Source: Gammaproteobacteria bacterium
GTDB lineage: Bacteria > Pseudomonadota > Gammaproteobacteria > Eutrophobiales > Eutrophobiaceae
Length of the DNA: 64,000 bases
Assembly (NCBI GenBank): GCA_965601665.1
Contig: OZ271833.1
Location: forward strand, 2,724,376-2,788,375
Reading direction: 5' to 3'
The translations under genes were made by a program, and so were the position numbers. Every line of letters starts with the position of its first letter. Position 1 is the stretch's first letter. Under the pieces are notes generated by a model, which worked only from the letters and a program-made list of their open reading frames with translations, did no database searches and was not told where the DNA came from. This document shows positions 41,385-54,509 of the stretch, in pieces.

Positions 41385-42575
41385 GTGTCCAAGGAAAAAT
41401 TTGAAAGAACGAAGCCGCATGTGAACGTGGGAACGATCGGCCATGTAGACCATGGGAAGACGACGCTAACGGCGGCGATCACAAAGACGATGTCGGAGAA
41501 ATTCGGTGGTGAATCGAAGGCCTATGATCAGATTGACAACGCGCCTGAAGAGCGCGAGCGCGGCATTACGATTGCAACGGCGCACGTGGAATACGAAAGC
41601 GAAGGCCGTCACTATGCGCACGTAGACTGCCCGGGACACGCGGACTATGTGAAGAACATGATTACGGGTGCGGCGCAGATGGACGGGGCTATCCTGGTTT
41701 GTAGCGCAGCGGATGGCCCGATGCCGCAGACGCGCGAGCATATTCTGCTGGCGCGCCAGGTAGGTGTACCGAAGATCGTGGTTTATTTGAACAAGGCGGA
41801 TCAGGTTGACGATGCGGAGCTGTTGGAACTGGTTGAAATGGAAGTACGTGAGCTGCTGGATTCGTATGAATTCCCGGGCGACGACACCCCGGTAGTGACC
41901 GGCTCGGCGCTGAAAGCGATCGAAGGCGACACCTCTGATATTGGTATTCCGTCGATTGAGAAGCTGGTTGCGGCGATGGACGATTACATTCCGATCCCGG
42001 AGCGTCCGGTGGATCAGCCATTTTTGATGCCGATTGAAGACGTATTCAGTATTTCGGGTCGTGGCACGGTGGTGACGGGTCGTGTAGAGCGCGGCATTGT
42101 GAAGGTCGGCGAAGAAATCGAGATTGTCGGCATCAAGGACACGCAGAAGACGACGTGTACCGGCGTGGAAATGTTCAGGAAGCTGCTGGACGAAGGCCAG
42201 GCGGGCGACAACGTGGGTGTGTTGCTGCGTGGTACGAAGCGTGAGGAAGTGGAGCGTGGCCAGGTGTTGTGTAAGCCGGGCACGATTACGCCGCACACGC
42301 ATTTTGAAGCCGAGGTGTATGTGCTGAGCAAGGATGAAGGTGGCCGTCATACGCCGTTCTTCAACAACTACCGTCCGCAGTTCTACTTCCGTACGACAGA
42401 CGTGACGGGGGCAGTGGAATTGCCTGATGGAACGGAAATGGTGATGCCGGGCGACAACATCAAGATCACGGTAAAACTGATAGCGCCGATTGCGATGGAA
42501 GACGGTCTGCGCTTTGCGATACGAGAAGGCGGCCGTACCGTGGGTGCGGGTGTGGTCTCTAAAATTATTGAGTAA
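41385..42575 (+). CDS. tufA: Elongation factor Tu (str operon copy)
   Basis: Protein identical to the 24860 copy; GTG start; follows fusA. Confidence 0.98.
   Translation: MSKEKFERTKPHVNVGTIGHVDHGKTTLTAAITKTMSEKFGGESKAYDQIDNAPEERERGITIATAHVEYESEGRHYAHVDCPGHADYVKNMITGAAQMDGAILVCSAADGPMPQTREHILLARQVGVPKIVVYLNKADQVDDAELLELVEMEVRELLDSYEFPGDDTPVVTGSALKAIEGDTSDIGIPSIEKLVAAMDDYIPIPERPVDQPFLMPIEDVFSISGRGTVVTGRVERGIVKVGEEIEIVGIKDTQKTTCTGVEMFRKLLDEGQAGDNVGVLLRGTKREEVERGQVLCKPGTITPHTHFEAEVYVLSKDEGGRHTPFFNNYRPQFYFRTTDVTGAVELPDGTEMVMPGDNIKITVKLIAPIAMEDGLRFAIREGGRTVGAGVVSKIIE
41385..42575 (+). repeat. About 1.19 kb near-identical direct repeat of 24860..26050 (tuf duplication)
   Basis: Identical translation; about nine synonymous differences by eye, plus different start and stop codons. 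Confidence 0.95.
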
Positions 42576-42580
42576 CTTCG

Positions 42581-42895
42581 ATGGCAGATAATCAAGTAAT
42601 CAGAATACGTTTAAAGGCATTCGACCACCGCCTTATCGATCAATCAACGAAAGAGATTGTCGAAACGGCGCGTCGAACCGGTGCCCAGATAAAGGGCCCC
42701 ATTCCTTTACCAACGAAAAAGGAACGCTTCACCGTTTTGATTTCACCGCATGTGAATAAAGATGCGCGCGATCAATACGAGATACGTACTCACAAACGTT
42801 TGATGGATATTGTCAATCCGACAGACAAGACAGTTGATGCTTTAATGAAACTGGATCTGGCTGCCGGCGTTGATGTGCAAATTAAACTTAACTAA
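42581..42895 (+). CDS. rpsJ: 30S ribosomal protein S10
   Basis: [14 protein letters not shown]; GPIPLPT; [19 protein letters not shown]. Confidence 0.99.
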   Translation: MADNQVIRIRLKAFDHRLIDQSTKEIVETARRTGAQIKGPIPLPTKKERFTVLISPHVNKDARDQYEIRTHKRLMDIVNPTDKTVDALMKLDLAAGVDVQIKLN

Positions 42896-42917
42896 CAAGA
42901 ACACTGGTTGAATAACA

Positions 42918-43568
42918 ATGACGATTGGAATTGTAGGCAGAAAACGCGGAATGACACGATTGTTTACGGAAGATGGACAGTCCGTGCCAGTTACCGTGGT
43001 AGAAGCGGCGCCTAACCTGGTGGCAGGTCTGTTAACGTCTGAAGTCAACGGATATAACGCTGTGCAGGTTGCATGGGGTAAGAAAAAACCGGCCGCTATC
43101 AGTAAATCGATGGCGGGTAGCTTTGCCAAGGCTAACCTGGAAGCGGCTGAAGGTTTGCTGGAATATCGCATCGATGAAGCTGAGGCCGAGCAATATCCAG
43201 CCGGTACTGAAATCAAGGTTGATATGTTTGAAGCTGGCCAGAAAGTTGACGTCACTGGCACCACCATTGGTAAAGGGTTTGCCGGTGCAATCAAACGTCA
43301 TAATTTTGCCGGTCAACGTAATACGCACGGTAACTCACTGTCGCATCGTGCACCTGGCTCTATCGGTCAATGCCAGACTCCAGGTCGTGTATTCAAAGGC
43401 AAGAAAATGGCTGGTCATATGGGCAACAAGCAACAAACCATCCAGAACCTGGAAGTTGTCCGTGTCGATAGTGAAAGAAATCTTTTGTTAATCAAGGGTT
43501 CAGTGCCTTCCGCGAAAGGCGGCAAGGTCGTTGTCAAACCTGCAGTCAAGCAGCGTAACAAGGCATAA
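42918..43568 (+). CDS. rplC: 50S ribosomal protein L3
   Basis: GKGFAG.IKRHNF; [15 protein letters not shown]; [10 protein letters not shown]. Confidence 0.98.
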   Translation: MTIGIVGRKRGMTRLFTEDGQSVPVTVVEAAPNLVAGLLTSEVNGYNAVQVAWGKKKPAAISKSMAGSFAKANLEAAEGLLEYRIDEAEAEQYPAGTEIKVDMFEAGQKVDVTGTTIGKGFAGAIKRHNFAGQRNTHGNSLSHRAPGSIGQCQTPGRVFKGKKMAGHMGNKQQTIQNLEVVRVDSERNLLLIKGSVPSAKGGKVVVKPAVKQRNKA

Positions 43569-43573
43569 CAACA

Positions 43574-44191
43574 ATGGAATTATCATTACAACAATCAGGC
43601 AAGAAAAAGGCAGCAAAGATGACAGTTGCTGATAGCGTTTTCTCTGCTGACTTTAACGAGCCGCTTGTGCACCAGGTGTTGACTAGCTACATGGCTGGCT
43701 CACGCTCCGGCACCAAGGCCCAACGTACTCGCTCCGAGGTGCGCGGTGGTGGCAAAAAGCCATGGCGTCAAAAAGGTACCGGTCGCGCACGTGCGGGCAC
43801 CATTCGTAGTCCAATATGGCGCAGCGGTGGTGTCACGTTTGCTGCCAAGCCGCGTGACTACAGTAAGAAACTGAATAAGAAAATGTATCGCGGTGCAATG
43901 CGCTCTATCTTTTCTGAATTACTGCGTCAGGAACGCCTGATTGCGATTGACCAATTTGATATTGAAGAAGCCAAAACAAAACTGGTTCAGCAGAAACTGG
44001 CTGAGCTGGGTCTTAAAGATGTATTGATTGTTACTGATGAATTAACCGAAAAGCTGTATCTCGGGATCAGGAACCTGCCCAAGGTGGACGTAATAGATAC
44101 AGATGAAATCGATCCATATTCACTTATCGGATTTGAGAAAGTGTTAATTACTAAAGCCGCACTTGAAAAAGTAGAGGCCTGGCTATCATGA
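43574..44191 (+). CDS. rplD: 50S ribosomal protein L4
   Basis: [24 protein letters not shown]. Confidence 0.98.
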   Translation: MELSLQQSGKKKAAKMTVADSVFSADFNEPLVHQVLTSYMAGSRSGTKAQRTRSEVRGGGKKPWRQKGTGRARAGTIRSPIWRSGGVTFAAKPRDYSKKLNKKMYRGAMRSIFSELLRQERLIAIDQFDIEEAKTKLVQQKLAELGLKDVLIVTDELTEKLYLGIRNLPKVDVIDTDEIDPYSLIGFEKVLITKAALEKVEAWLS

Positions 44192-44484
44192 ATCAGGAAA
44201 AGCTAATGAAGGTGTTGCTTGAGCCACGCGTGACTGAAAAATCAACCATGGTTGGCGAAGCCAGTAACCAGTACGTGTTCAAGGTTGCCAAAGCTGCTAC
44301 CAAGCCGGAAATCAAACAGGCTGTAGAGTTGATGTTTGAAGGTGCAGAAGTTGAATCTGTGCAGATACTAAATGTTAAAGGTAAGAATAAAACGTTCGCG
44401 CGCCAGCCGGGTAAGCGTGCAGATTGGAAGAAAGCCTATGTCAAGTTAAAGCCCGGCTTCGACATTGATTTTATGGGCGGTTAA
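44188..44484 (+). CDS. rplW: 50S ribosomal protein L23
   Basis: P.VTEKS; ATKPEIK.AVE..F; WKKAYV.L. Confidence 0.97.
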   Translation: MNQEKLMKVLLEPRVTEKSTMVGEASNQYVFKVAKAATKPEIKQAVELMFEGAEVESVQILNVKGKNKTFARQPGKRADWKKAYVKLKPGFDIDFMGG

Positions 44485-44497
44485 CAGGTAACGAATA

Positions 44498-45331
<834 letters not shown>

Positions 45332-45334
45332 ACC

Positions 45335-45607
45335 GTGCCACGTTCCATTAGAAAAGGTCCTTTTGTTGACCATCACCTGTTAAAGAAGGTGGAAGTTGCC
45401 AAGGAAAATAATGATAAGCGTCCGATCAAGACCTGGTCGCGTCGCTCAATGGTTATGCCTGATATGGTTGGTCTGACTATTGGCGTACACAATGGCCGCG
45501 AACATATGCCGATTTATATCTCTGAAAACATGGTTGGTCACAAGCTTGGCGAGTTTGCATTAACGCGCACTTTCCGTGGCCATCTTGCAGACAGGAAAAC
45601 TAAATAA
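45335..45607 (+). CDS. rpsS: 30S ribosomal protein S19
   Basis: PRS..KGPFVD; IKTWSRRS; [14 protein letters not shown]. Confidence 0.98.
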   Translation: MPRSIRKGPFVDHHLLKKVEVAKENNDKRPIKTWSRRSMVMPDMVGLTIGVHNGREHMPIYISENMVGHKLGEFALTRTFRGHLADRKTK

Positions 45608-45618
45608 GAGCGAACAGT

Positions 45619-45957
45619 ATGGCTACTTCTGCAACATTAAAATTTACACATTTGTCACCGCAAAAACTGCGCCTGGTTGCTGATCAGGTTCGTGGAATGC
45701 AGGTAGACAAGGCAGTTAACCTTCTTGCCTTCAGCAACAAGAAGGGTGCAGACATCCTGAAGAAAGTCCTGGAGTCAGCAATTGCCAACGCTGAAAACAA
45801 TGACGGTGCCGATATTGATGAATTGCGAGTCAGTGCAATTCAGGTGAATCAGGGGCCCACGATGAAGCGTTTGCGTCCACGGGCAAGGGGCCGCGCAGAC
45901 AGAATCTTGAAACGAACCAGTCATCTGACTGTGACGGTTGCGGAAAACGGAGAGTAA
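45619..45957 (+). CDS. rplV: 50S ribosomal protein L22
   Basis: [14 protein letters not shown]; SAIANAE.N; PRARGRA..I.KRTSH. Confidence 0.98.
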   Translation: MATSATLKFTHLSPQKLRLVADQVRGMQVDKAVNLLAFSNKKGADILKKVLESAIANAENNDGADIDELRVSAIQVNQGPTMKRLRPRARGRADRILKRTSHLTVTVAENGE

Positions 45958-45963
45958 TCAGGT

Positions 45964-46641
45964 ATGGGCCAGAAAGTACATCCAACAGGTATCCGTCTTG
46001 GCATTATCAAGGACTGGACGTCTACCTGGTATGCAGACAGCAAGGATTATGCTGATTACCTGCACGCAGATATAAAAGTCCGCGAATACATTAGAAAGAA
46101 ACTGGCGAATGCATCGGTTAGCCGTATTCAAATTGAGCGGCCTGCCGGCAATGCCCGTGTCATTATTCACACGGCCCGCCCTGGCATAGTCATTGGCAAG
46201 AAAGGTGAAGATATTGAACGCCTGCGTATGGAAGTTTCGCAAATGCTCGGTGTGCCAGCCCACGTCAGTGTTGAAGAAATTCGCAAACCTGAACTGGATG
46301 CTTTTCTTGTCGCTGAAAGCGTCGCACAACAAATTGAGCGTCGAATTATGTTTCGTCGCGCCATGAAACGCGCTGTGACTAACACCATGAGATTGGGCGC
46401 ACAAGGGATCAAGATTACCGTAAGCGGCCGTTTGAACGGAGCCGAAATTGCCCGAACCGAATGGTATCGCGAAGGCAGAGTACCTTTGCATACGCTGCGA
46501 GCTGATATCGATTACGGTACGGCAGAAGCGCAAACCACGTATGGAATTATTGGCATCAAGGTCTGGATTTTCAAAGGCGAAGTGTTCGGTCACGAACAGA
46601 GTGTTGAAGAAGAGACCGCCACAGAAGAAGCACAGGCTTAA
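45964..46641 (+). CDS. rpsC: 30S ribosomal protein S3
   Basis: MGQKVHP.GIRLG; [30 protein letters not shown]. Confidence 0.99.
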   Translation: MGQKVHPTGIRLGIIKDWTSTWYADSKDYADYLHADIKVREYIRKKLANASVSRIQIERPAGNARVIIHTARPGIVIGKKGEDIERLRMEVSQMLGVPAHVSVEEIRKPELDAFLVAESVAQQIERRIMFRRAMKRAVTNTMRLGAQGIKITVSGRLNGAEIARTEWYREGRVPLHTLRADIDYGTAEAQTTYGIIGIKVWIFKGEVFGHEQSVEEETATEEAQA

Positions 46642-46668
46642 ATTTAAAAGTAATTACAGGATAGAGAC

Positions 46669-47082
46669 GTGTTACAACCTAAACGAACTAAATTCAGAAA
46701 GCAGAGCAAGCTGCGTAACCGTGGTCTTGCCCAGGTAGGCAATAAGGTCAGCTTTGGTGAGTATGGTCTGAAAGCTGTCGGTCGTGGACGAATTACGGCG
46801 CGCCAGATCGAAGCCGCACGTCGAGCACTGACTCGCCATGTAAAGCGTGGCGCGAAGATCTGGATTCGTATCTTTCCCGATAAACCTGTTACCAAGAAGC
46901 CGCTCGAAGTACGACAGGGTAAAGGTAAGGGTAACGTTGAATACTGGGTAGCACAGATTCAACCTGGTCGAATGCTCTATGAAATGGAAGGAGTGCCCGA
47001 AGAATTGGCGCGTGAAGCATTTGAGCTGGCGGCGGCCAAATTGCCGGTTAAAACCCAGTTTGTCGTCAGGACGGTAATGTAA
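46669..47082 (+). CDS. rplP: 50S ribosomal protein L16
   Basis: [10 protein letters not shown]; [12 protein letters not shown]; [20 protein letters not shown]. Confidence 0.98.
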   Translation: MLQPKRTKFRKQSKLRNRGLAQVGNKVSFGEYGLKAVGRGRITARQIEAARRALTRHVKRGAKIWIRIFPDKPVTKKPLEVRQGKGKGNVEYWVAQIQPGRMLYEMEGVPEELAREAFELAAAKLPVKTQFVVRTVM

Positions 47083-47288
47083 TGAAAGCATCAGAACTCA
47101 GAGAAAAGTCAGCAGAAGAATTACAGACTATGTTGCTGGAAGAGTTGCGTACTCAATTTAATCTGCGCATGCGCAAAGGAACCGGGCAACTGGATAAACC
47201 TAGCGAAATGAAAAAAACACGTCGCAACATTGCACGTATTAATACGCTTATTAACGAGAAAAAAACGGCAGCAGGTGACAAAGCATGA
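47082..47288 (+). CDS. rpmC: 50S ribosomal protein L29
   Basis: MKA.ELREKS.EEL; QFNLRM...TGQL; RR.IARI.T. Confidence 0.97.
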   Translation: MKASELREKSAEELQTMLLEELRTQFNLRMRKGTGQLDKPSEMKKTRRNIARINTLINEKKTAAGDKA

Positions 47289-47551
47289 GCGAAGATCAGA
47301 AGCAAGCTAAAACAGTGACCGGTACCGTTGTCAGTAACAAGATGGATAAAACCATCTCGGTTCGAGTTGAGCGTACGGTAAAACACCCTTTGTATGGCAA
47401 ATATGTGCGTCGTTCTACCAAGTACATGGCACATGACGAAAGCAATGAATGTGGTGAGGGTGATGTAGTAGTAATCGAGTCAACTCGACCGATGTCAAAA
47501 AATAAAACCTGGCGCTTGCAGAAAGTTGTCAGCAAGGCCCAGATTGTTTAG
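47285..47551 (+). CDS. rpsQ: 30S ribosomal protein S17
   Basis: [12 protein letters not shown]; HPLYGKY; AHDE.NEC..GD; RP.SK.K.W. Confidence 0.98.
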   Translation: MSEDQKQAKTVTGTVVSNKMDKTISVRVERTVKHPLYGKYVRRSTKYMAHDESNECGEGDVVVIESTRPMSKNKTWRLQKVVSKAQIV

Positions 47552-47571
47552 TGGGTTAGGAGACAGCACAG

Positions 47572-47940
47572 ATGATTCAAATGCAAACGATACTTGATGC
47601 GGCAGACAATAGCGGTGCACGCCGTCTGATGTGCGTAAAAGTATTGGGTGGCTCAAAGCGGCGCTACGCCAATGTTGGTGATGTAATCAAAGTCAGCATC
47701 AAGGAAGCGATTCCTCGCGGCAAGGTCAAGAAGGGTGAAGTTTACAACGCCGTAGTAGTGCGTACTCGTAAGGGCGTCCGCAGAAAGGACGGTTCGCTTA
47801 TTCGCTTTGATGGCAATGCAGCAGTACTGTTAAACAACCAGTTGCAACCCATTGGCACTCGTATCTTTGGACCTGTTACTCGTGAATTACGTGGTGAGCA
47901 ATTCATGAAAATTGTTTCACTGGCGCCGGAGGTACTCTGA
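47572..47940 (+). CDS. rplN: 50S ribosomal protein L14
   Basis: MIQMQT.L..ADNSGAR; [13 protein letters not shown]; SLAPEVL. Confidence 0.99.
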   Translation: MIQMQTILDAADNSGARRLMCVKVLGGSKRRYANVGDVIKVSIKEAIPRGKVKKGEVYNAVVVRTRKGVRRKDGSLIRFDGNAAVLLNNQLQPIGTRIFGPVTRELRGEQFMKIVSLAPEVL

Positions 47941-48260
47941 TGAGCAAGATACGTAAGGGTGACGAAGTTGTCGTTATTGCAGGTAAAGATAAGGGCAAAC
48001 GTGGTGTTGTGCTCTCGGTTGATGCCACTTTTGACAAGGTGACCGTTGAAAACATCAATATGATAAAGCGTCATACCAAGGGTAATCCTATGCAGGGCGC
48101 ACCAGGTGGCATTATTGAAAAAGAAGCCCCTATTGATGTTTCCAATGTTGCTATCTGGAACTCAGTAACCAATAAGGCTGATCGTGTTGGTTTCCGCTTC
48201 CTGGAAGACGGAAAAAAGGTACGTTATTTCAAATCAAATAATGAAGTTGTAGACGTGTAA
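47940..48260 (+). CDS. rplX: 50S ribosomal protein L24
   Basis: [19 protein letters not shown]; [14 protein letters not shown]. Confidence 0.98.
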   Translation: MSKIRKGDEVVVIAGKDKGKRGVVLSVDATFDKVTVENINMIKRHTKGNPMQGAPGGIIEKEAPIDVSNVAIWNSVTNKADRVGFRFLEDGKKVRYFKSNNEVVDV

Positions 48261-48270
48261 AGGCAAAGCA

Positions 48271-48810
48271 ATGGCTAGATTACAGGAACACTATAAAAAC
48301 AGCGTGGTGAAACAGCTGACCGAACAATTCGGTTACAAGTCTGCCATGCAGGTACCAAAGATTACCAAGATCACCTTGAACATGGGTCTTGGTGAAGCGG
48401 TTGCCGATAAAAAAATTATCGAACATGCAGTTGCGGATATGACCAAGATTGCTGGTCAGAAGCCAATTGTTACCAAGGCCAGAAAGTCTGTAGCGAACTT
48501 TAAAGTGCGTGAAGGCTGGCCTATTGGCTGCAAGGTGACTTTACGTCGCGAACGCATGTATGAGTTCCTCGATCGCCTGATTAGTATCGCAATACCACGT
48601 ATACGCGACTTTCGTGGTCTTAATCCAAAGTCATTTGACGGACGTGGTAATTACAACATGGGGGTGAAAGAACAAATCATTTTCCCTGAAATTGATTACG
48701 ACAAAATCGATACGCTGCGTGGTATGGATATCACCATAACAACGACAGCTGAATCTGATGAAGAAGGTCGCGCGTTACTGGCGGCATTTAAATTTCCATT
48801 AAGGTCTTGA
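48271..48810 (+). CDS. rplE: 50S ribosomal protein L5
   Basis: VPKI.KITLNMG.GEA; PIGCKVTLR; FDGRGNY; [13 protein letters not shown]. Confidence 0.99.
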   Translation: MARLQEHYKNSVVKQLTEQFGYKSAMQVPKITKITLNMGLGEAVADKKIIEHAVADMTKIAGQKPIVTKARKSVANFKVREGWPIGCKVTLRRERMYEFLDRLISIAIPRIRDFRGLNPKSFDGRGNYNMGVKEQIIFPEIDYDKIDTLRGMDITITTTAESDEEGRALLAAFKFPLRS

Positions 48811-48822
48811 GGTTGAATTGAT

Positions 48823-49128
48823 ATGGCTAAGGCATGCATGGTAAACCGTGAAAACAAGCGCCTGAAACTGGTTAACAAATACGCCAGCAAACGTGCTGAA
48901 TTGAAAGCGATGATTAAAAACACGTCACTAAGCGAAGAAGATCGTAAGGCTGCGCGTGAAAAACTAAACAAGATGCCAAGGGATGCCAGTCCGTCCCGTT
49001 TACGTAACCGCTGCAACCTGACAGGCAGGCCACATGGTTACTATCGTAAATTTGGTTTGGCACGAAACAAACTTCGCGAGGCTGCGATGCGTGGAGACGT
49101 TCCTGGTCTGGTCAAGGCCAGTTGGTAA
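48823..49128 (+). CDS. rpsN: 30S ribosomal protein S14 (long form without the CxxC zinc ribbon)
   Basis: PRDASP.R.RNRC..TGRPHG..RKFGL.R; PGLVKASW; 101 aa. Confidence 0.97.
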   Translation: MAKACMVNRENKRLKLVNKYASKRAELKAMIKNTSLSEEDRKAAREKLNKMPRDASPSRLRNRCNLTGRPHGYYRKFGLARNKLREAAMRGDVPGLVKASW

Positions 49129-49147
49129 TAACAGAGAGAGAATTAGC

Positions 49148-49543
49148 ATGAGTATGCAAGACCCTATTTCAGATATGTTGACCCGTATTCGTAATTCGCT
49201 GGAACGTGAAATGCGGGACGTGTCCATGCCTTCATCCAAGTTGAAGGTATCTATTGCAGAGATTCTGAAGCAGGAAGGTTATATCTCCGATTATCGTGTT
49301 ATCGAAGATAACAATAAACTTTCTCTGGTTATTGAATTGAAATACTTTGAAGGAAAACCTGTAATCGAAATGATCAAGCGCGTTAGCAAACCAAGCTTGA
49401 GGCAATATAAATCTACCACTGACTTGCCGAAGGTAATGGGTGGGCTTGGTGTTGCCATTATTTCAACAGCGAAAGGTGTAATGACCGATAAATCAGCACG
49501 TGAGCACGGCATCGGTGGTGAAGTGTTGTGTTACGTTTCATAA
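49148..49543 (+). CDS. rpsH: 30S ribosomal protein S8
   Basis: [15 protein letters not shown]; [16 protein letters not shown]; GGEVLCYV; start moved to 49148. Confidence 0.98.
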   Translation: MSMQDPISDMLTRIRNSLEREMRDVSMPSSKLKVSIAEILKQEGYISDYRVIEDNNKLSLVIELKYFEGKPVIEMIKRVSKPSLRQYKSTTDLPKVMGGLGVAIISTAKGVMTDKSAREHGIGGEVLCYVS

Positions 49544-49556
49544 GTGGATTTTAATT

Positions 49557-50090
49557 ATGTCTAGAATAGCCAATAACCCGGTTGCTATCCCCAGTGGTGT
49601 TAACGTCAATATCGCTGGCAATCTGATTACTGTCAAAGGCAGTAAAGGTGAGTTGTCTCATAGCATTCACCCCCTGGTCAATGTGACCCAGGAAGAAAAC
49701 GAGCTTAAAACCACTGTTAACAATAATAGTAAACAGGCTAAGGCACTTTCTGGCACAACCCGTGCCTTGATTCAAAACATCGTCACCGGTGTGAGCCAAG
49801 GTTTTGAAAGAAAACTGGAAATTGTAGGCGTTGGTTATCGTGCTTCCGTATCTGGAAAGAACCTGAACCTGAGTCTCGGTTTTTCTCACCCGGTTGAATT
49901 TCCAATTCCGGAAGGTGTAACGATTGAAACCCCGAGCCAGACAGAAATAGTCATCAAAGGTGTAGACAAGCAACAGGTAGGGCAGCTTGCTGCAAATATA
50001 CGTGCCTACCGTCCACCCGAGCCATACAAGGGTAAAGGCGTTCGTTATGCTGACGAACGAATTATTCGTAAGGAAGCTAAAAAGGCCTAA
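49557..50090 (+). CDS. rplF: 50S ribosomal protein L6
   Basis: MSRIA..PV.IP; GVGYRA; LGFSHPV; [13 protein letters not shown]; start moved to 49557. Confidence 0.98.
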   Translation: MSRIANNPVAIPSGVNVNIAGNLITVKGSKGELSHSIHPLVNVTQEENELKTTVNNNSKQAKALSGTTRALIQNIVTGVSQGFERKLEIVGVGYRASVSGKNLNLSLGFSHPVEFPIPEGVTIETPSQTEIVIKGVDKQQVGQLAANIRAYRPPEPYKGKGVRYADERIIRKEAKKA

Positions 50091-50095
50091 TTGAT

Positions 50096-50449
50096 ATGAA
50101 TAAGAAAACAGAAAGACTACGTCGCGCAAGAAAAGCCCGCGGCAGGATACAGAAGAAAGGTGAAGTTCGACTGTGCGTGCACAAGACGCCACGTCATGTA
50201 TATGCCCAGGTGATCGCCCCGAATGGGTCAGAAGTCCTGGCCAGCGCATCTACGGTAGACAAGGAATTAAGAGGCCAGGTCAAACATGGCGGTAACGTTG
50301 AAGCTGCGGCAATCGTTGGTAAAGCGCTGGCTGAGAGAGCGAAGAAAGCCGGTGTATCCAGGGTCGCGTTTGATCGTTCGGGCTTCAAATACCATGGACG
50401 AATCAAGGCATTGGCCGACGCTGCACGTGAACAAGGTATGGAATTCTAG
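50096..50449 (+). CDS. rplR: 50S ribosomal protein L18
   Basis: RL.VH.TPRH.YAQVI; [21 protein letters not shown]. Confidence 0.98.
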   Translation: MNKKTERLRRARKARGRIQKKGEVRLCVHKTPRHVYAQVIAPNGSEVLASASTVDKELRGQVKHGGNVEAAAIVGKALAERAKKAGVSRVAFDRSGFKYHGRIKALADAAREQGMEF

Positions 50450-50460
50450 GATAACTGATT

Positions 50461-50967
50461 ATGGCATTAGCAAATTCAATTACAGGCAATGAAGACCTGC
50501 AGGAAAAACTGGTAGCCGTTAACCGCGTTGCCAAAGTAGTCAAAGGTGGTCGTATTTTCGGTTTTGCGGCCTTGACCGTTGTTGGTGATGGCAATGGACG
50601 CGTAGGCGTCGGTCGCGGGAAATCCCGTGAAGTGCCTTTGGCTATCCAGAAAGCTATGGAAGACGCACGCCGAAACATGGTCAAGGTGCCACTAAATGAA
50701 GGCACACTGCATTACCCAATTACGGCTGAATTTGGTGCGGCAAAGGTATACATGCAGCCTGCATCTGAAGGTACAGGAATCATTGCCGGCGGCCCGATGC
50801 GGGCTGTATTTGAAGTCGTTGGTATTCACAACGTGTTGGCTAAATCGAATGGTACAACCAACCCGATTAATGTTGTGCGTGCCACCATAGAAGGTCTTCG
50901 CTCAATGAAATCGCCCGAGCAGATCGCTGCTAAACGTGGCAAGAAAGTTGAAGAAGTGGTGAGCTAA
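50461..50967 (+). CDS. rpsE: 30S ribosomal protein S5
   Basis: [28 protein letters not shown]; [12 protein letters not shown]. Confidence 0.99.
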   Translation: MALANSITGNEDLQEKLVAVNRVAKVVKGGRIFGFAALTVVGDGNGRVGVGRGKSREVPLAIQKAMEDARRNMVKVPLNEGTLHYPITAEFGAAKVYMQPASEGTGIIAGGPMRAVFEVVGIHNVLAKSNGTTNPINVVRATIEGLRSMKSPEQIAAKRGKKVEEVVS

Positions 50968-51156
50968 ATGGCAGCTAATTCTAAAATCAAGGTCACGTTG
51001 ACCAAAAGTACAAACCGCCGCGAGGCTAAACATAAGGCCTGTGTTTCCGGACTTGGACTGCGCCGTATAGGTCACACCGTTACTATCGATGATACGCCGG
51101 AAAATCGCGGCATGATTAATAAGGTCAGTTACTTGCTGGCTGTCGAAGAGGCATAA
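50968..51156 (+). CDS. rpmD: 50S ribosomal protein L30
   Basis: IKVTL.KS; [11 protein letters not shown]...[12 protein letters not shown]. Confidence 0.97.
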   Translation: MAANSKIKVTLTKSTNRREAKHKACVSGLGLRRIGHTVTIDDTPENRGMINKVSYLLAVEEA

Positions 51157-51159
51157 ACA

Positions 51160-51594
51160 ATGCGACTTAATTCAATTAAACCGCATCCTGATTCCGTATC
51201 AGCACCCAAGCGCCGAGGCCGCGGAACTGGTTCAGGCCTGGGTAAAACGGGCGGTCGCGGTCATAAAGGCCAGAAATCACGTTCTGGTGGATACCACAAG
51301 GTGGGTTTTGAAGGTGGTCAGATGCCACTGCAAAGGCGCTTGCCGAAGATAGGTTTTACATCGCGTGTCGGCCGCGTCACTACCGAAATCCGTTTGAATG
51401 AACTGGTAAAGGCCAATGTTGATATCGTCGATCTGGCGGCACTAAAGTTGGCCCGTTTGGTGAACAAGAATATTCAACACGTCAAGGTTATTGCATCGGG
51501 AACCATTGACAAGGCAGTAACGGTAAAAGGTCTGCGTGTAACCAAAGGTGCCAGGGCGGCTATCGAAGCAGCTGGCGGGAAGATCGAAGAGTAA
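51160..51594 (+). CDS. rplO: 50S ribosomal protein L15
   Basis: [22 protein letters not shown]; [16 protein letters not shown]. Confidence 0.98.
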   Translation: MRLNSIKPHPDSVSAPKRRGRGTGSGLGKTGGRGHKGQKSRSGGYHKVGFEGGQMPLQRRLPKIGFTSRVGRVTTEIRLNELVKANVDIVDLAALKLARLVNKNIQHVKVIASGTIDKAVTVKGLRVTKGARAAIEAAGGKIEE

Positions 51595-52925
51595 TGTCTG
51601 TATCGAATCCGGCAATTCCGGGCGGTTTGTCCGGCCTGGGGCAGTTAAAAGAGCTGCGTCAGCGCTTGCTATTTGTATTCATAGCGCTATTTGTCTATCG
51701 CATTGCGACTCATATTCCTGTGCCTGGCATTAACCCTGTTGCTCTGGCGCAGATGTTTGATCAGCAAAGCGGCACCATTCTGGATATGTTTAATATGTTT
51801 TCAGGCGGGGCACTTGGACGTTTTTCTGTCGTGGCACTTGGTATCATGCCGTACATTTCTGCATCTATCATTATGCAGTTGCTTGCCGTTGTAGAGCCAA
51901 AGTTAAAAGAGTTGCGCAAGGAAGGTGAAGCGGGACGACGCAAGATCACACAATATACGCGCTATGGCACCGTAGTCCTGGCAACATTCCAGGCATTTGG
52001 TGTTGCGGTAGCACTGGAAGGACAACAGGGCGTAGTTATGGACCCGGGCGTTGGTTTTCGCGTAGTTGCAGTGACGACGCTGGTCACCGGAACCATGTTT
52101 CTCATGTGGCTCGGTGAACAAATAACAGAGCGCGGTATTGGTAACGGTATTTCAATGATTATTTTTGCCGGTATTGTTGCAGGTTTACCTGCTGCGATCG
52201 GCGGCACACTTGAGTTGACGCGAACAGGTGAGATGCATTTGCTTGCAGTACTTGGATTGTTTGCACTTGCAATTGTTGTTACCGGTTTTGTTGTCTTTGT
52301 TGAGCGAGGACAGCGCAGGATTACAGTGAACTATGCCAAGCGGCAGGTTGGAAGAAAGGTATATGGTGGTCAGGCCAGCCATTTGCCACTTAAGCTGAAC
52401 ATGGCCGGTGTTATACCGCCCATTTTTGCGTCCAGTCTTATATTATTTCCGGCCACAATTGCTGGCTGGTTTGCCAACAGTGAAGGCATGGGATGGCTGC
52501 AGGATATTGCGACGACGTTATCGCCCGGACAGCCGATATATGTCTTGTGTTATGCAGCAGGAATTATTTTCTTCTGTTTCTTTTACACTGCGATGGTATT
52601 TGACCCACGAGATACGGCAGACAACCTGAAAAAATCAGGTGCTTTTATTCCTGGTATGCGGCCTGGTGAACAAACTGCCAACTATCTGGATAAGGTATTG
52701 ACCAAACTGACACTGGCAGGCGCTGTTTATATTACGGCTGTTTGTTTGTTACCGGAATTTCTGATTGTGAAGTTTAATGTACCTTTCTATTTCGGCGGTA
52801 CGTCACTATTAATCATCGTGGTTGTAGTAATGGATTTTATGTCACAGGTACAGGCACATTTAATGTCTCATCAATATGAAGGTTTGATGAAAAAAGCAAA
52901 CCTCAAAGGACATACCCGTCGTTAA
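51594..52925 (+). CDS. secY: Preprotein translocase subunit SecY
   Basis: FNMFSGGAL; [14 protein letters not shown]; [16 protein letters not shown]; [10 protein letters not shown]. Confidence 0.99.
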   Translation: MSVSNPAIPGGLSGLGQLKELRQRLLFVFIALFVYRIATHIPVPGINPVALAQMFDQQSGTILDMFNMFSGGALGRFSVVALGIMPYISASIIMQLLAVVEPKLKELRKEGEAGRRKITQYTRYGTVVLATFQAFGVAVALEGQQGVVMDPGVGFRVVAVTTLVTGTMFLMWLGEQITERGIGNGISMIIFAGIVAGLPAAIGGTLELTRTGEMHLLAVLGLFALAIVVTGFVVFVERGQRRITVNYAKRQVGRKVYGGQASHLPLKLNMAGVIPPIFASSLILFPATIAGWFANSEGMGWLQDIATTLSPGQPIYVLCYAAGIIFFCFFYTAMVFDPRDTADNLKKSGAFIPGMRPGEQTANYLDKVLTKLTLAGAVYITAVCLLPEFLIVKFNVPFYFGGTSLLIIVVVVMDFMSQVQAHLMSHQYEGLMKKANLKGHTRR

Positions 52926-52947
52926 TGTATCTGTTTGGAGATAGACA

Positions 52948-53061
52948 ATGAAAGTAAGAGCATCGGTAAAAAAAATGTGTCGTAATTGCAGGATCATACG
53001 ACGAAACAGAACTGTACGTGTTATTTGCAGTGACCCGCGTCACAAGCAGCGTCAGGGCTGA
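52948..53061 (+). CDS. rpmJ: 50S ribosomal protein L36 (zinc-binding form; absent from the ORF track)
   Basis: Own translation: [37 protein letters not shown]; GGAG SD. Confidence 0.97.
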   Translation: MKVRASVKKMCRNCRIIRRNRTVRVICSDPRHKQRQG

Positions 53062-53087
53062 TTACTAAAGATTTGGAGAAATAATTC

Positions 53088-53444
53088 ATGGCTCGTATTG
53101 CAGGTGTAAATATACCGGACAACAAGCATCTCAGCATTGCACTGACTTACATCTATGGCATTGGTCAAACCCGTGCTTCGCAGATATGTAATGCAACCGG
53201 ACTCGAAACCAACGTGAAGGTCAACCAGCTGACCGAGGAAGAACTCGACAAGATACGTACAGAGGTTGGTAAATACAGCCTTGAAGGTGACCTGCGTCGC
53301 GAGGTTTCCATGAATATTAAGCGTTTGATGGATCTGGGCACGAACCGTGGTATCAGGCATCGTCGCGGTCTGCCCGTCAGAGGACAGCGTACGCAAACCA
53401 ATGCTCGTACCCGTAAAGGGCCACGAAAAATGATTAAGAAATAA
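53088..53444 (+). CDS. rpsM: 30S ribosomal protein S13
   Basis: [21 protein letters not shown]; [22 protein letters not shown]. Confidence 0.99.
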   Translation: MARIAGVNIPDNKHLSIALTYIYGIGQTRASQICNATGLETNVKVNQLTEEELDKIRTEVGKYSLEGDLRREVSMNIKRLMDLGTNRGIRHRRGLPVRGQRTQTNARTRKGPRKMIKK

Positions 53445-53460
53445 TTAGCGGATATAACAT

Positions 53461-53850
53461 ATGGCCAAAGCAACCACAAAAAGTCGTAAGCGAGTCAAGA
53501 AGACTGTCGTCGACGGCGTCGCGCACATACACGCCTCTTTTAATAACACGATCATCACCATTACCGATCGCCAGGGCAACACGCTATCCTGGGCAACGTC
53601 TGGTGGTAGTGGTTTTCGTGGTTCAAGGAAAAGTACGCCTTTCGCTGCGCAGATCGCTTCACAAAAAGCAGGTGAGGTTGCCAAGGAGTTTGGTATGCAG
53701 AATCTGGAGGTCTTTATCAAGGGCCCAGGTCCAGGCCGTGAATCTGCAGTCAGGGCGCTTAACTCAATTGGCTTTAAGATAACCAATATCACCGACGTGA
53801 CGCCGATTCCTCATAACGGTTGTCGCCCACCAAAAAAGCGTCGCGTTTAA
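53461..53850 (+). CDS. rpsK: 30S ribosomal protein S11
   Basis: [14 protein letters not shown]; [14 protein letters not shown]; [18 protein letters not shown]. Confidence 0.99.
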   Translation: MAKATTKSRKRVKKTVVDGVAHIHASFNNTIITITDRQGNTLSWATSGGSGFRGSRKSTPFAAQIASQKAGEVAKEFGMQNLEVFIKGPGPGRESAVRALNSIGFKITNITDVTPIPHNGCRPPKKRRV

Positions 53851-53865
53851 TTCAGGAGTTTTTTT

Positions 53866-54486
53866 ATGGCACGTTATCTCGGACCAAAATGTAAACTTAG
53901 TCGTCGTGAAGGCACGGACCTGCTATTAAAAAGCCGTGCGCGTTCAATCGAATCAAAATGTCAGATTGATAAAACGCCTGGCATGCAGGGAACACGACCA
54001 GGACGTATGTCTGACTATGCAACGCAGCTGCGTGAAAAACAGAAATTACGCCGCATTTACGGTGTTCTTGAAAAGCAGTTTCGTCGTTACTACAAGGAAG
54101 CGGCCCGTCGTAAGGGGTCAACTGGTGAAAATCTGTTGCAGCTCCTGGAATGTCGACTGGATAACGTTGTTTACCGCATGGGCTTTGGTTGCACCAGGAA
54201 TGAGGCACGACAGTTGGTTAGTCATCGATCTGTGATGGTTAACGATCAGGTGGTGAATATCCCTTCATACCAGGTTCAGCCTAGCGACAAGATTTCTATT
54301 CGTGAAAAAAGCAAAAAACAGCTGCGCATTCAGGATGCTTTGAACGTAGCTGAGCAATATGGACTTCCCGAGTGGGTAGATGTGAATACGAAGAGTATGG
54401 AAGGTGTTTTCAAGGCAGTACCGGACCGCTCTGAATTACCTTCGGAAATAAATGAGCAGCTCGTAGTAGAACTTTACTCCAAGTAA
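53866..54486 (+). CDS. rpsD: 30S ribosomal protein S4
   Basis: [18 protein letters not shown]; [13 protein letters not shown]; [12 protein letters not shown]. Confidence 0.99.
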   Translation: MARYLGPKCKLSRREGTDLLLKSRARSIESKCQIDKTPGMQGTRPGRMSDYATQLREKQKLRRIYGVLEKQFRRYYKEAARRKGSTGENLLQLLECRLDNVVYRMGFGCTRNEARQLVSHRSVMVNDQVVNIPSYQVQPSDKISIREKSKKQLRIQDALNVAEQYGLPEWVDVNTKSMEGVFKAVPDRSELPSEINEQLVVELYSK

Positions 54487-54509
54487 TAACGTGTGGAGGT
54501 TAAACACGC

